Counted from the first letter of the stretch, positions 49,420-60,998 are shown. The stretch is 64,000 bases of DNA from Longimicrobiales bacterium (GCA_965197725.1 CBDANQ010000059.1:64001-128000), one strand, 5' to 3'. Notes: generated from the sequence alone by a model not told the origin. Program-made: numbers and translations.

Positions 49420-49980
49420 ATGCTGGACAACGCTTCCCGACGCGGCGCTGCCGAGCTGAGCACTCTACTGATGTTCATGGCGTTCGCGGCCATCGGTGGT
49501 TTCATGTTTTGGCTCATGGGTGAGTCGGACGCGCAGCGCGAGCTCCGACTCGTGGAAGACACCACCGAGGTCGCCACCGACGATCTCGGTACGGCGACCA
49601 CGGTCGCCGCGGTGGACCTTCAGACGGATCCCACGCCGTTCGAGGGTCAGAACATCCGCATAGCGGGGCTTAGCGTGGCGGGCACGCTCGGGTCACAGGG
49701 CTTCTGGCTTCAACTGCCCAACCGCAATCCGTTCCTCGTCTCGATGTCTGAGCAGGTGATGGCCGAGGGGCTGGATCTTTCAGTGGGCAGGCCCGCCACG
49801 GTGATCGGCGTCGTGTACGCGGTGGGTGACTCAGCTCTGACCGCCTGGGCTGAGGCGGGGACGATCAGCGAGGGCGACCGGCTCGCGGCCGAGTTCGCCA
49901 CCCACTTCGTGGAAGCGAATCAGGTCGTGGTCGCGGCCGGGTCCGGCGGCGACGGCAACGCGCCTGGCGACGGTAACTAG
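49420..49980 (+). CDS. Membrane-anchored hypothetical protein
   Basis: N-terminal TM helix, acidic beta-rich domain, host-like codon usage. Confidence 0.65.
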   Translation: MLDNASRRGAAELSTLLMFMAFAAIGGFMFWLMGESDAQRELRLVEDTTEVATDDLGTATTVAAVDLQTDPTPFEGQNIRIAGLSVAGTLGSQGFWLQLPNRNPFLVSMSEQVMAEGLDLSVGRPATVIGVVYAVGDSALTAWAEAGTISEGDRLAAEFATHFVEANQVVVAAGSGGDGNAPGDGN

Positions 49981-50045
49981 AGGTTCTGTTTATCAGTGGG
50001 TGGATGCATCGCCGCCCCGGCTGGGGAAAATCAAGGAAGCTTCAG

Positions 50046-50255
50046 ATGGCTAGAGTTTGCTACGTGTGTAACAAAGGCCCGGCAACGGGCAACAACGTGA
50101 GTCACGCGCACAACAAAACGCGGCGCCGCTGGCTTCCGAACCTTCAGACGTTCAAGATCGTCGACGAGAAGGGCGTGCGCCGTCGCGTGCGGGTGTGCAC
50201 GCGGTGCATCTCGGCGGGGAAGGTTACGAAGGCTCCGGCGGTGGTGGGGGGGTAG
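50046..50255 (+). CDS. rpmB: 50S ribosomal protein L28
   Basis: [34 protein letters not shown]...VCTRC. Confidence 0.97.
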   Translation: MARVCYVCNKGPATGNNVSHAHNKTRRRWLPNLQTFKIVDEKGVRRRVRVCTRCISAGKVTKAPAVVGG

Positions 50256-50260
50256 GGGGG

Positions 50261-51241
50261 CTACTGGCGGTTGCTGCTTGGTTGTGAGAGAGCCTCCCTG
50301 GTAGGTTGCTGGGGAGGCTCTTGGTTTGCCCCTCGACTACGGGTGCTATCAGCTCTTCGGGAGAGGCAGTGCCAGAAGGGTGCGTACTCCGAGAAACGCA
50401 CGCGTTCCATCCCTGCGGCGGCCAGCATGTCGGCGATCTCCACCTTTTTGAAGCGCTGCTCGAGGGGGGTGCCGAACCGATCCAAGGCATCGTTGCGGAT
50501 GATGCGGAGGCTCTTGTTACGGTAATAGCCGAGCGGGAGTCGCGCGGCAAGCGGGGCGTTGACCTTGGCGACCATGCGTGCCACCGACACCAAGGGTAGG
50601 TAGACACTCATCGCCAACACGTCGGCTGCGCATCGCTTTGCCGGGGCTGGCAGTCCCGAAACGAAGCGCCTGACGAGGTCTGTAACGGCGAACATGGCTC
50701 TGTATCCGGCGCCGCGGTTGTCGAGCGAGTAGTAGAGGTAGAGGAGAAGGTGGCCGCCCGGTCGGATCTTTCGTGTCAGAGCGCGTAGGGCTCCGGCCGT
50801 ATCGGGAACGTGATGAAGGACGCCGAGGCAGATCACCACGTCGAACGTCTCATCGTGGAACGGGATGATATCGATCGCGGCCTGTGTAAACCGGACATTC
50901 GACAGGCCTCGATGTTGGTCTGCGGCGACGAAGACTGCGCTGCTAGGGTCGATCGCCTCCACCCGCCCGACACGCGGTGCCAAGAATCGACTCCAGCGGC
51001 CGGAGCCACAACCGGCGTCGAGTACCGTGGTCTCCCGGGTGAGAAGTTCCGGCGGCACTACGTCGAAGTACTCCTTGCCGGCGCCCTCGATCTCGTCGTC
51101 GCTGAACTCGCGGAACTTGCTCCACTCGGCACCGAAAGAAGCCACAGTGCTCGGGTCCACGTTCGTCGCCCCCGTGAAGCAGGCGACCGTGACCCCGCCC
51201 GCTTCATGGACACGGTCGGGCTCGGTCGAGTATGCGATCAC
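50261..51241 (-). CDS. Class I SAM-dependent methyltransferase
   Basis: SFGAEW, VLDAGCGSGRW, FDVVICLGVLHH, RPGG.LLLYLY, DRFGTPLE; probable GTG start at 51241. Confidence 0.85.
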   Translation of the reverse strand: MIAYSTEPDRVHEAGGVTVACFTGATNVDPSTVASFGAEWSKFREFSDDEIEGAGKEYFDVVPPELLTRETTVLDAGCGSGRWSRFLAPRVGRVEAIDPSSAVFVAADQHRGLSNVRFTQAAIDIIPFHDETFDVVICLGVLHHVPDTAGALRALTRKIRPGGHLLLYLYYSLDNRGAGYRAMFAVTDLVRRFVSGLPAPAKRCAADVLAMSVYLPLVSVARMVAKVNAPLAARLPLGYYRNKSLRIIRNDALDRFGTPLEQRFKKVEIADMLAAAGMERVRFSEYAPFWHCLSRRADSTRSRGANQEPPQQPTREALSQPSSNRQ

Positions 51242-51584
51242 TCCTCGAGCCAAAACGGCGGCATGTCTGGTCCTCCGTGCCAACTGGTTCCGCCCAGCGT
51301 TCACTGTCCGCACCGATGTCCAGCATCCCTACAGTAGCCGGGACGTCATGCGGCACAAGCTGGTCCGTACCGTCAGGCTTCCCTAACCGTCGCCACGGTC
51401 GACTCGATCCCGGGTCGGTAGCAGGGCTGAGCGTGGCGAGCACGCGAGCCCCACTTGTCCGAAAGATTCTGAAGCTCAACAGTTCTAACTTGATGGCATT
51501 GCCGAACAACCGCACAAGAAACCGTTTTCAGTCCGCGAGCGATCGAAGGAGATGATTAAAGGCCCGGTTTTCAATCCGCTTCTT

Positions 51585-52856
51585 TGACCTGACCCCCTGA
51601 AACGAGACCAGGTGCAATGTTAGGATCGAGCTGGTCTGAAGCTTTTCAGCGAGGAGGTCAGGATGGGAAGGAAGCGACACACTCCGGAGCAGATCATCAC
51701 TGCACTGCGGGAGGCAGAGGTCGGTCTGGCCCGCGGCAAATCCGTGAAGCTGATCAGCCGGGAGCTCGGCATCACCGAGCAGACGTACTACCGGTGGAGG
51801 CGGGAGTACGGCGGGATGAAGGTGAGCCAGGCACGGCGCCTGAAGGAGCTCGAGCGCGAGAACGGGCGCCTGAAGCGAGCAGTGGCGGACTTGACACTGG
51901 ACAAGCTGATCCTGGAGGAAGCAGCCGAGGGAAACTTCTGAGCCCCGAGCGCCGACGACGTTGTGTGGTGCGTGTACGTCAGCAGCTCGGGGCGTCGGAG
52001 AGGAGAGCGTGCCGGGTGCTCGGGCAGCCACGCACGACCCAGCGCCGGGCGAGGAAAGTGGCGAGTGACGAGGGGGCGCTCCGAGGTGATATCGTGCGAC
52101 TCGCGAGTCGATTTCGGCCGCTACGGCTACCGACGCGTCACGGACATGCTCCGCATCGAGGGCTGGGGGGTGAACCACAAGCGGGTGGAGCGGATCTGGA
52201 GGCAGGAGGGGCTGAAGGTCCCGCAGCGGCAGCCGAAGCGAGGTCGGCTGTGGCTCAACGACGGATCGTGCATCCGGCTGAGGCCGCTGTATCGGGGCCA
52301 CGTCTGGTCGTACGACTTCGTGGCCTCGAGGACGCACGACGGGCGTGCGCTGAAGCTGCTGACAGTGCTGGACGAGCACACGAGGGAGTGCCTGGCGATC
52401 GTGGTGGCTCGCAAGATCCGCTCGCACGACGTGCTCGAGGTGCTGGCCGATCTGTTCGTCCGACACGGGCCTCCCGAGTATCTGAGGTCGGACAACGGAG
52501 CGGAGTTCACCGCGAAGCTCGTGCGGCGGTGGTGGGGGCGCGTGGGCGTCGAGACGCTCTTTATCGAGCCGGGCAGCCCGTGGGAGAACGGCTACAACGA
52601 GAGCTTCAACGGCAAGCTCAGGGACGAGCTGTTGAACGGGGAGATCTTCTACTCGTTGGCGGAGGCGGCCGTGCTGGTCGAGCAATGGAGGCGCGAGTAC
52701 AATACCGTCCGACCCCACAGCGCCTGCGGCGGCTTTCCCCCGGCCCCTGAGGCGATTAAGCCGTCGCCCTGGTTCTTGAGGATGCCCGTCCTTCACGGCC
52801 CTCCACAGGTGCTGGGACTAACATAGGATGTGGTACCCGCTCTTGGGGGCAGGTCA
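51585..52856 (+). mobile_element. IS3-family insertion sequence, copy 1 (orfA 51663-51941; orfB with an extra T at 52112-52114)
   Basis: Ends TGACCTGACCCC / GGGGCAGGTCA; GGGAAAC slippery site at 51929 plus downstream hairpin; DDE motifs WSYDF, RSDNG.EF, ESFNG. Confidence 0.95.
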
Positions 52857-52984
52857 AAGCATGCGGGGTCGGCGCTCGCGGGCGCCGCTGTTTGCTTTGT
52901 GTGCCTATGGTGTGCCGGGATCTTGATGGTCTCGGTCACGGCGCTGTCCTAGTCTAGCGATTCAAAAGTCTCATTGCACGACGG

Positions 52985-53642
52985 CGTCCTGTTCCAATAC
53001 TCGATCGACCGGTCAAGCAGCTTCTCGGTAGTAATGGCTGGCATGTGCGGCAACCGCTCCGGCGCGGGCCCAATCCCACACTCCTTCAGAAGCCGCCGAA
53101 CCGTCGATCGCGAAACCCTGTGGCCCAGCTTCGACAATTCACCAACGATCCGCGTGTAGCCCCAGCTCTCGTTCTCGCTCGCCATGCGTGCCGTGAGCGA
53201 GCGGATCTCGGCAGCTACCGGTGGCCGACCGGGGCCACGAAGGGCGCTTCCGTCAAATTTCCGTGCGCTCAACTCCCTGTGCCATCGCAGAATCGTGTCC
53301 GGCGTCACGACACAGTCGAGATCCCTCAGCGCACTTCGCCCGAGTGCCCTCCCCTTCCTGGCGAGCCTCCTCCGCTGATCATCCGTGAACCGCAACCGTT
53401 TCTTGCCGTGCAGTTCACGCAGCACGCGGTTCTCTTCCGTCAGGTATGCACTAATGATTCGCTGCTGTTCGTTCATCCGACCAACAAGCGTCACCAGCAG
53501 CATCTGCCAAGGCGCGTTCAACGTCCCTCAACTCATCAGGTCCAAAAAAAGTTCAATGTCGACCGAGAATGACATGGCAGAGGTCAACCTAACCCCCTGT
53601 AAACTCATCGTTTAACGATCGGCTGAGTTTTGGAACAGGACG
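52985..53642 (-). mobile_element. Internally deleted IS (658 bp) with truncated rve-type transposase (ORF start 53521)
   Basis: 18-bp terminal inverted repeats CGTCCTGTTCCAA(T/A)ACTC (17/18); ORF has VTPDTILRWHR, GPGRP and WGYTRI.GEL but no DDE core. Confidence 0.8.
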
Positions 53643-53668
53643 GGGTTAAACGCTCAACCTACCGCCGA

Positions 53669-53744
53669 CGATCACCACGCCTTCCACGAAGACGCAAAGC
53701 CAGGGGATGTGAGGTTTCAATTTCCCATTCCGCTGGCGAAGCTC
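53669..53744 (-). repeat. Dispersed gene-junction repeat, composite copy
   Basis: 53669-53723 matches 63489-63543 (50/55, inverted); 53717-53744 matches 55366-55392. Confidence 0.85.
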
Positions 53745-53761
53745 GCGAGGCGCGCCATCAA

Positions 53762-55253
53762 CTACAGCCCCCGTAGCCACAAAATCACGAACGCGCCGTA
53801 GAAGAGCGACGTGGCCACCAGGCACGCTCGCCGCCACGTTGGCGGCCGCAGGGCCTCGGGCAACAGTCGCGTATTGATGTAGAGCAGGTGCAGGGACGAC
53901 ACCACGAAGACAATGCCCGCCATGTTCGCGCCCAACTGAAGGAGCACGATCGGCTGAGCGAGCCGTAGAGCGGTGATGCCCCAGAGCGTGATCGCGACCA
54001 GCACGCTGTAGTAGACCACCCTGACGTCGCCACCCCTCCAAGCACGGACGCGCCTGCTCCCCGTCCAGAGTAGGTCCGTAACAGCCCGTGTCATGCCGTC
54101 GAGGACATCGAGCTGCGTCTTGAACAACACCCAGACGGCCAACAGCGCGATGACGCCACCGTAGGCCGCCCCGGCCCGGGTTGCCATGGCGTCCGCCAGG
54201 GCGGCCGCCACCGACAGCCCTCGGATGTCGGTTCCGAACTCGATGAACGTGACGTAGAGCAGCGCAGGAAGCAGCATTCCGAGTATCGAGCCGACGAAGT
54301 ATATGCCCCACTGGTCGGCCCTCACGATGCGCCACCAACCGCGCCACCGCTGCATCGCCTCGGGAGTTACGGCGAAGGTGTATCCCGTATGGGCGAGCTC
54401 GACCTTCTTCCCGCCGACTACGGCCGGGATGTAGCCCACGAGGCTGCCCATGCCGTACCCCTTGTCCCGGGCCCAGTTGGACAGCGTGAGGTTCGTGACG
54501 CCGCCGGCACCGGAATAGGCCGCGAACGCTCCGATCAGGAAGTAGTCTGCACCGCTCGGCATCAGGCGGAAGCTCGTGGTGGCCGGGTCGTAGCCGACCA
54601 GTCCGGTGACCCCTGCGATCCACGTGTCGGGCGATACGAACATCACGGCCAGCACGAAGAAGCTGCCCAGGATGATCGCGACGAGGATCCAGTTCAGAAT
54701 CTCGAGCGTGCGCTCGATACGTCTCCCGAACAGAAGGATCGCGACGCACACGACGAACGTGCCTACCCCGAGCCAGTACACCACGCTCGCGTGCTCCGGC
54801 CCCGCCAGATCCCGGGCGAAGAGGAAGAAGACCGCGCCCGCCGCGGCCCCGGCCCAGCCGGGCCACCCGAGCTGGAGAAAGTAGAGGCCGGCGTAGAACC
54901 ACCCCCAGAAGGGGGCCGACGGCTTCGTGCGCATGAAGCCGATGCACACGGGCTCTCCGGTCGCGATCGTCCACCGCATCAGCTCGGTGTTCAGGACGGT
55001 CTGCAGGAAGGCCGCGACCAGCGTCACCCAGAGAAGGGTCAGGCCGTACTGCACGAACGCGGCCGGTCCGAGCAGGAACTCGCCACTCCCGATGGACGAA
55101 CCCAGGACGATGACGCCCGGGCCTACCACCCCCATCCAGGCCAGGCCCTTCGGGCGAGGCGGGGCGGGAAGCTCCCCCTCCTGCCAGGGGTCGAGTCCCG
55201 AGCGGGCCTCGAGGGGGATCGAGACTTCAGTACCCCCGCTGTAGGTCGACCAC
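53762..55253 (-). CDS. Nramp-like / APC-fold membrane transporter (probable 1-bp insertion near 55233-55237 in the 5' end)
   Basis: GPGVIVLGSSIGSGEFLLGP, LNTELMRWTIATGE, many TM helices; a GTG at 55253 with RBS joins the frame if one G is removed. Confidence 0.75.
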
Positions 55254-55320
55254 GTTCAACATCCTCTCGCCCAGAACATACCGGCGGAGGTTCTCGCGGC
55301 AGGACCTCGAGGCCGAAGAT

Positions 55321-55392
55321 GCCCGAGAACCCCAGCGTTTCCTGGTCGTCGTGAACTGGTTCGAGGAGCTTCGGCAGCGGATGGGCAATTGA
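55321..55392 (+). pseudogene. Orphan C-terminal tail of a Ser/Thr-kinase/TolB-like protein
   Basis: AREPQRFLVVVNWFEELRQRMGN*; the V.NWFEEL ending is recalled from this family; no parent gene upstream. Confidence 0.55.
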
Positions 55393-55416
55393 GCAGTGCC
55401 GTGACGGGTGATCTCC

Positions 55417-57846
55417 TCACCTCACGAAGATCTCCATGATCTCCACCGGCACGGAGCTGCTGTTGTGGAACCCGTGTTGAGTGCCTGCCTCCATGAAATA
55501 GGGGTGCCAGGGTTGCACGTCCACGGACTGCCCTCCGTCCAGGTTCAGCTCCATCGGGCCCGAGATCGGAACGAACAAATGGAATTGGACCCCCGTGTGC
55601 GCGTGTATCACGCGTGTACCGCTGGGGTCCACGACGACGCGCAGGGCACGAACCTCAGGTTGATTGCGAAGCACGGCATTGCTGATTCCCACGTTGCCTT
55701 CGCTCGAGAGCGGGCGTAGTGGCGAGGAGCGATCGCCGATGATCGGCGGTGTCTGTGCCACCGGGGCCACGTCGGTTGGATTACCTAGCCGTCGAAGCAC
55801 ATCGCTCGCCTCGGCCTCGGCAATGATAGTCGCAGCATCCTCGGGAAGGAGATATCTCTCCGCAACCAGCTTCTCTGCCGCCGCCCGCACCGCAGCCATA
55901 TATCCCGCATGATTCTTGTAACGCTCCTCGAGCGACAGGCGCGGATCGCCGGTTGCGAGCCGTTCCGCACGGGTCTTCGGGAACGGACTGATAATGCCTC
56001 GGTTGTCGCAGAAGCCGCCCTCCGAGTAGCCCGCCGCCCTTTCGTTGAAACCGGTATAGGTGGCGGTCGGCGCCAGCAACAGGTTGGACCGAATGCCTCC
56101 CAGATCGTTACCGTCGGCGTCTACCTGCGGGACCAGGATCGGATACTCGCGAGAGATCCGGCGCGGCGGGTTTTCCGTGATGATGCCGGACACATCCTCG
56201 TGCCGGAAGTGGGGCCCGAAATCCAGGAGCTCGAACCGATTCACGAGCCCGGTATAGGTGATGCCCGGAATCGCCGGCCAGTCGACCTGCCCGAACGGCG
56301 AGTCGACCTGCGGAGAAACGAGCGTCCCATCGCGCAGCGTGGGCGTTTTGCTTGGGGGCGGCAGAATATTCTGCGTCACCCACTTGTGAAGCGCGTCGAA
56401 AGCGGCTCGCTGTGCATACCGCGAGTCATTGGGATTACCCGGGTACTTGCACTGCGGCGGCCCGCCACCGCTCCCGTGGGGCGTGCCCGCGACGAAGTAC
56501 ATGCGGACGTTCTCGGGCAACGGTAGATCCTTGGTCGCCAGTGCATCCGTCATGCTGGCGGACATCCGATGGTTGTAGAACTCGGATGACGTGAAGGTCG
56601 ACACGATTTTCGGGCAGGTATCCGACTTCATGCAGCGCGCGAGAATCCCACCCGTGCGACCCGTCAGAGGGTCGAATGTTGGCATCCAGGAAAGCGGGGC
56701 CTGATAACGCGGAAATAGATGCTGCGTGTGCTCGAACGGGGCGCGGCCCGGCTGCCCAAACCGCACGCTGAGCGGCTGTACGCCGGCCGCTTTCCTCACA
56801 TGCGCGCCGTCCGCCACCCGTCGTCCGTTTAGGTCCTCGTTGAAACCCAGGTGGATGAACGCCCGCAGGGCGGCCCCGGTTTGTGACGACCCCCAGATCT
56901 CGACGTTCTGGATCTGCCCGGCGAGCGGGTTCCGCGTGCCGGAGCCATCCGCCGCCTCCCGCCGGAAGAACGCGAGGAGGTCGCGAATCGCGGCGTATCC
57001 CAGCCCGAGTACGGTCGGGTTCTTGGCCGTGTAGATCAGCTCGTAGATGTGGTTGGTATCGAAACCGTCCTTCGGACAGATCATCGTGGTGCTGGGACGG
57101 CCGGGGAAGGGTACGTCTCTGCAGTCGGCGAACGCCCAGTCGGAATTTGGGATGAGTTGCCGCGCGTCGCCCTCACGGACTCGCTTGGTTAGCGTCGCAG
57201 TAGTGTTGTCCAGACTCACGGTCTCGTAGGGCCTTGTTCCCCTGGTGTAGGGCGCCTCGCTCAACGGAAGAGACTTGGCTGGCTCAGACTGAACGTACTC
57301 GGTTCGCACCTCGCCCGTGATTTCCGAGCCGTCGGGGTTTCTTGCCACCGGAACGTCGATGCTCAGCCGCCCATTGGTGCGCAGTATGTCGCCTTGCCAG
57401 GCGCTCCATAGAATGGCAAACCCCCTCTTCTCGAGGAACCCATCGCCCGGGCCGGTCGGCTCGTTGCGGCCCTCAACGCCGATGTTCCATTGGCCTTTGT
57501 TGCCCCGGTTGATCACGTTGTGGACGAGCGTGTGGTTGCCCTTGCTCATATCGACCGGTTTGATCAAGTAAAAATCCGTCACATACTCGACCCGCCCGCG
57601 CGCGTTCTTCGGCGCGAGCTCGATGTCCTGGATTCCGGCGTTCAGCGGATGCGAGGGGTCCACCTCGCCAAACGCGCGGCCTACCAGCTTTTCGTATTGG
57701 CCGACGTCGCCCAGTCTCTGCCCACCGTAGGTCGGAGACTCCACTCGATCGATCACGATCCGTGTAATCTGTGCCACCGCAACGACTGGCATCGCGAACA
57801 GAGCGGCCACTATCCAACAGATCAGTTTTGCTCGAATCGTTCGCAT
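55417..57846 (-). CDS. Secreted alpha/beta-hydrolase-domain protein with C-terminal cupin domain
   Basis: Signal peptide; GQYEKL.GRAFGEVDP, NRGNK, WGSSQTG, VAGTPH, DADGN.LGG, DPRLSLEERY; cupin IHAH...H.FHN. Confidence 0.8.
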   Translation of the reverse strand: MRTIRAKLICWIVAALFAMPVVAVAQITRIVIDRVESPTYGGQRLGDVGQYEKLVGRAFGEVDPSHPLNAGIQDIELAPKNARGRVEYVTDFYLIKPVDMSKGNHTLVHNVINRGNKGQWNIGVEGRNEPTGPGDGFLEKRGFAILWSAWQGDILRTNGRLSIDVPVARNPDGSEITGEVRTEYVQSEPAKSLPLSEAPYTRGTRPYETVSLDNTTATLTKRVREGDARQLIPNSDWAFADCRDVPFPGRPSTTMICPKDGFDTNHIYELIYTAKNPTVLGLGYAAIRDLLAFFRREAADGSGTRNPLAGQIQNVEIWGSSQTGAALRAFIHLGFNEDLNGRRVADGAHVRKAAGVQPLSVRFGQPGRAPFEHTQHLFPRYQAPLSWMPTFDPLTGRTGGILARCMKSDTCPKIVSTFTSSEFYNHRMSASMTDALATKDLPLPENVRMYFVAGTPHGSGGGPPQCKYPGNPNDSRYAQRAAFDALHKWVTQNILPPPSKTPTLRDGTLVSPQVDSPFGQVDWPAIPGITYTGLVNRFELLDFGPHFRHEDVSGIITENPPRRISREYPILVPQVDADGNDLGGIRSNLLLAPTATYTGFNERAAGYSEGGFCDNRGIISPFPKTRAERLATGDPRLSLEERYKNHAGYMAAVRAAAEKLVAERYLLPEDAATIIAEAEASDVLRRLGNPTDVAPVAQTPPIIGDRSSPLRPLSSEGNVGISNAVLRNQPEVRALRVVVDPSGTRVIHAHTGVQFHLFVPISGPMELNLDGGQSVDVQPWHPYFMEAGTQHGFHNSSSVPVEIMEIFVR

Positions 57847-58304
57847 CGGATTGCCTCCTAAAGTAGTGTCCGGTTACGCGATCGGTGTCTCCTCGCAAAT
57901 CATAGTAGGACATGATTCCTGCACCACAACCCAGAGAGCAACACGCCTGGGCACGCAGGATCAGGGCAACGAGGGTTGAGGGTGTGTACAGCGCCTGTCG
58001 GCCCGCCGGGTGTGGACCGAAGCGTACGAAACGGCCTATGAAACCTGGGAAAACAGCCCTTCAGTGACTCGCCTATGATCATTATTATGTTACCTTGAAC
58101 CCCGAAGAGAACCCGCTCCCCTTTGGAAATGCCATCCCTAGGACGGCGGGTCCGCCGGCTGTGTCGCACTGGGATGCTGCGATTGCCGAGTGTCAGAATA
58201 CCTGGTAGTATGCGCCTTCAGAGGCTATCCACCGGGCTCGAACACTACGTGGAACAAACGCAGAATGGGGAACTCGGCAGCAAGGGGAGCCCGATCGCCG
58301 TGAC

Positions 58305-59761
58305 GAAGGTGTCCCCGGCTCAGTTGAAGGTGGTGACTCCGAGGCTTTCGTGATTAACCTGCCATCTTCATTTCGGCAACCGGCTCGCGGTCATCGAGGT
58401 GAGCTTTGAGCATCCAGAGTTGGTCGAAGCCGACGATGCGTCGGTAGTTCTTCTCGGTCTCGACGAAGGAGGCAGCGGCCCATCTCAGTGCCATCGCTCC
58501 GTTCTTCCAGTTCGTCACCCTATAGGTCTTCTGCCTCACGCCTGCGTGGGTGCTGTCGATCAGGTTCGTGGTGCCGAGGCACTTCCTCAGCCGAGGCGGT
58601 AGCCCAAGCCGGTTGATTGTGAACATCTCACCCAGCCCCTCCCTCAGGCTCGCTGCGGCCGACGGCTGATCTCGTTCAAGCCACCGCGCGAGCTGCTCGA
58701 GTTTCTGCACGCCGTCCCTCGCATCGAGCTTCCATGCTGCGCGGATCGCGGCCTTCACCTGCGGGTGCTGATCCTTCGGTAGGTGAGCGAGCACGTTTCT
58801 GAGCTTGTGATTTCGGCATCTCTGGACCGAGTGGCCCGCGCCGAACACCTGAACAATCGCCTTCCGTAACGCCTTCGAGCCATCGATCACGAACAGGCGT
58901 CGACGCTCGGGGTCCAGACCCCGCTCGACCAGATCCTGCAGCAGGGCCGTCGTCACTTCGGTGTTCTCACTCGCTCCCTGCCGCATCCCCAGCACGTGCT
59001 TCTTGCCGTCCGTGTCCACGCCCACAGCCGCAAGTACATGGTGCGCACCGAGTTGGATACCGTCCAGGTAGATCACCAACAGATCCCATGCGTCCAGCCG
59101 CCGCTCCATCAGCTCCTTCAGCACGCGCTCCGACGCTTCGATCGTCTCGCGGCTCACCGACGACTTGCTCACCCCCACCGTGTCGGCCATCTCGCCGATC
59201 ACCTGGCCGTATTTCCGGGTGCTCACACCTGCCATCAGGATCTCCAACATTCGGTCCGCCATGGCGCCCGGCCTGCGCATCGCCTCGTACGCTGGCACCT
59301 CGACCTCGCCGCCCTGGCCGCCAGTCCGCTCACGCAGCCGAGGCCGCTGGATACGGACCTTTCGGTCCGACAGGTAGACCTGACCGCCCTGGCGGCCGTA
59401 CCAGACCGTCGCCCCCTCCTCGCGTGCCTTGCCCGATTGCTTCGGGCCCGCCACACCTTCGGCGCTCATCTCGAGTACCGCCTCGATCGTCGCTCGGCCC
59501 ATCACCTGGACGACTTCGTCGATCGCGAGCTCCGTGTGCTCTACGAGCTCGACCATCGGCAGCAGGAACTGGCCTTCTCGCTTCACGAACTCAGCCATCG
59601 CACGCCTGTCCGTGTCACTCGCTACTTCGTACGTTCTCTTCATCGTGGTGGCTCCGTTTTTGGGTTTTTAGCGCACCCGATCCTATCGGATCGGGCACCC
59701 TCGGAGCCACCACTTTTCTTTTCCCTCTTCAGGGACCTTCAACTACGGCTGGGTCAGCTTC
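58305..59761 (-). mobile_element. IS256-family insertion sequence (transposase 58354-59643)
   Basis: GVSTRK, YLDGI, IDGSKAL, QRCRNHK, TTN.I; 27-bp imperfect IRs GAAG.TG.CC......AGTTGAAGGT; 8-bp target duplication GCCGTGAC/GACGTGAC. Confidence 0.93.
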
Positions 59762-59924
59762 GACGTGACCACGTAGCCCCATTCGACCACTTAGACCTAT
59801 CTGAATCGCGAAACCCTGCTCTCAGAATGCCGGGAGACACCGTGGAAGCGAAAAGGGCAACGACTTAGGAGGCGGGGGCCAATGGAAGAGAAACAAAGAG
59901 GCGGGGCCAAGCAAACAGAAACGC

Positions 59925-60365
59925 GTGCAGGATCCGAAGGCCCATGCCGGCGCCGTCGCAACGGCCAACTTGGTGGCGGTTTGGGCGAGACTATTCGATC
60001 GCAATCCAGGGGCGGTCGCAGTCATCCATTCCCAGATCGATGAGCGAATGAAGGGAAGAAGGCTCCCCGCGGGTGACGGGGAGCTATTGGCTCTGATCGC
60101 CGAGCTCCTGCCGGCTCTTCAGGAGTCCGAGGAAGTCCAAAAGGCACTTAAGAAGCTGGATTCTGACTATCATGTGCTCGCCGGCACCGACCCAGGGTCG
60201 CTGGAACGACGTCCGGAGGAGGAGAGGATCGTCGGCGACCCCCAGTTCCATCGCGTTGGTGCGGCCATCGCAATAGGTGGTACGGCGGGGGTGGTGCTCA
60301 TGCTAGCGCTCGGCGGCTACCTTCTGTACAGGGAGTTCAAGGAATCCTACGGTGACTCGGGCTGA
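59925..60365 (+). CDS. Hypothetical protein with C-terminal TM helix
   Basis: Open frame ending in hydrophobic VGAAIAIGGTAGVVLMLALGGYLLY; start uncertain. Confidence 0.5.
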   Translation: MQDPKAHAGAVATANLVAVWARLFDRNPGAVAVIHSQIDERMKGRRLPAGDGELLALIAELLPALQESEEVQKALKKLDSDYHVLAGTDPGSLERRPEEERIVGDPQFHRVGAAIAIGGTAGVVLMLALGGYLLYREFKESYGDSG

Positions 60366-60372
60366 CCCCTCG

Positions 60373-60966
60373 CTATCGCATCTCCACTGCGGGGCGGAGG
60401 TACCGAACCGCCTCATCGCTGAAACGTAGCGGCAGTTTGGAGTAGTACGTCGTGTCACCCACGCGACGCGAATACTCGATACTGAAGTGTCCGGCGAGAC
60501 GATAGTCACGAATCCGACCTTCCAGAACGTCGCGTTGGCGATTCGGTGAAAGCAGTTTCGTCGTGGTCACGATCGAGTCGGCGGGAAGATCGACGATCTC
60601 GAGGGTAGGTCCGGCCTCCCTGAAGCACGGGTCGACGACGCAAATCGGAACCATCGTCTCGAGACCATAGAGCCGGCAGAACCACAGAGCGTCCTCGATG
60701 GTTCGGTCGCGTGGCCGCTCCGGGCCTCGGGGCGAAAGGACCACATCGACATCTGACGTCTCGCGGTTGGCTTCAAGCCGCGATCCGACCAGCCAGATCC
60801 TGAAACCCGCAAGCTCACGTGCCTCTCGAAACTTCTCGAGCATCTGCCGCACAGCGGTGTCGGTAACTGCGGTGGCACCGCGCGCGCGGGGCCCGAACAA
60901 GATCTGGTTCATCCGGCGAATCTCCAGCGTCATCGGGACGCCGTCGACAACGGAGTCCATATTCAT
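60373..60966 (-). CDS. Hypothetical protein with nucleotidyltransferase-like motif
   Basis: IWLVGSR.....TSDVDVVL (GS...DxD) pattern; start uncertain (60966 or 60933). Confidence 0.5.
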   Translation of the reverse strand: MNMDSVVDGVPMTLEIRRMNQILFGPRARGATAVTDTAVRQMLEKFREARELAGFRIWLVGSRLEANRETSDVDVVLSPRGPERPRDRTIEDALWFCRLYGLETMVPICVVDPCFREAGPTLEIVDLPADSIVTTTKLLSPNRQRDVLEGRIRDYRLAGHFSIEYSRRVGDTTYYSKLPLRFSDEAVRYLRPAVEMR

Positions 60967-60998
60967 CCGGAGAGAGCACCGGGGCCCGCCAGCCACCG

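Noticed and set aside
51204..51515. 103-aa minus-strand ORF upstream of the methyltransferase
   Set aside because: No recognisable motif or RBS; it cannot be supported as a gene.
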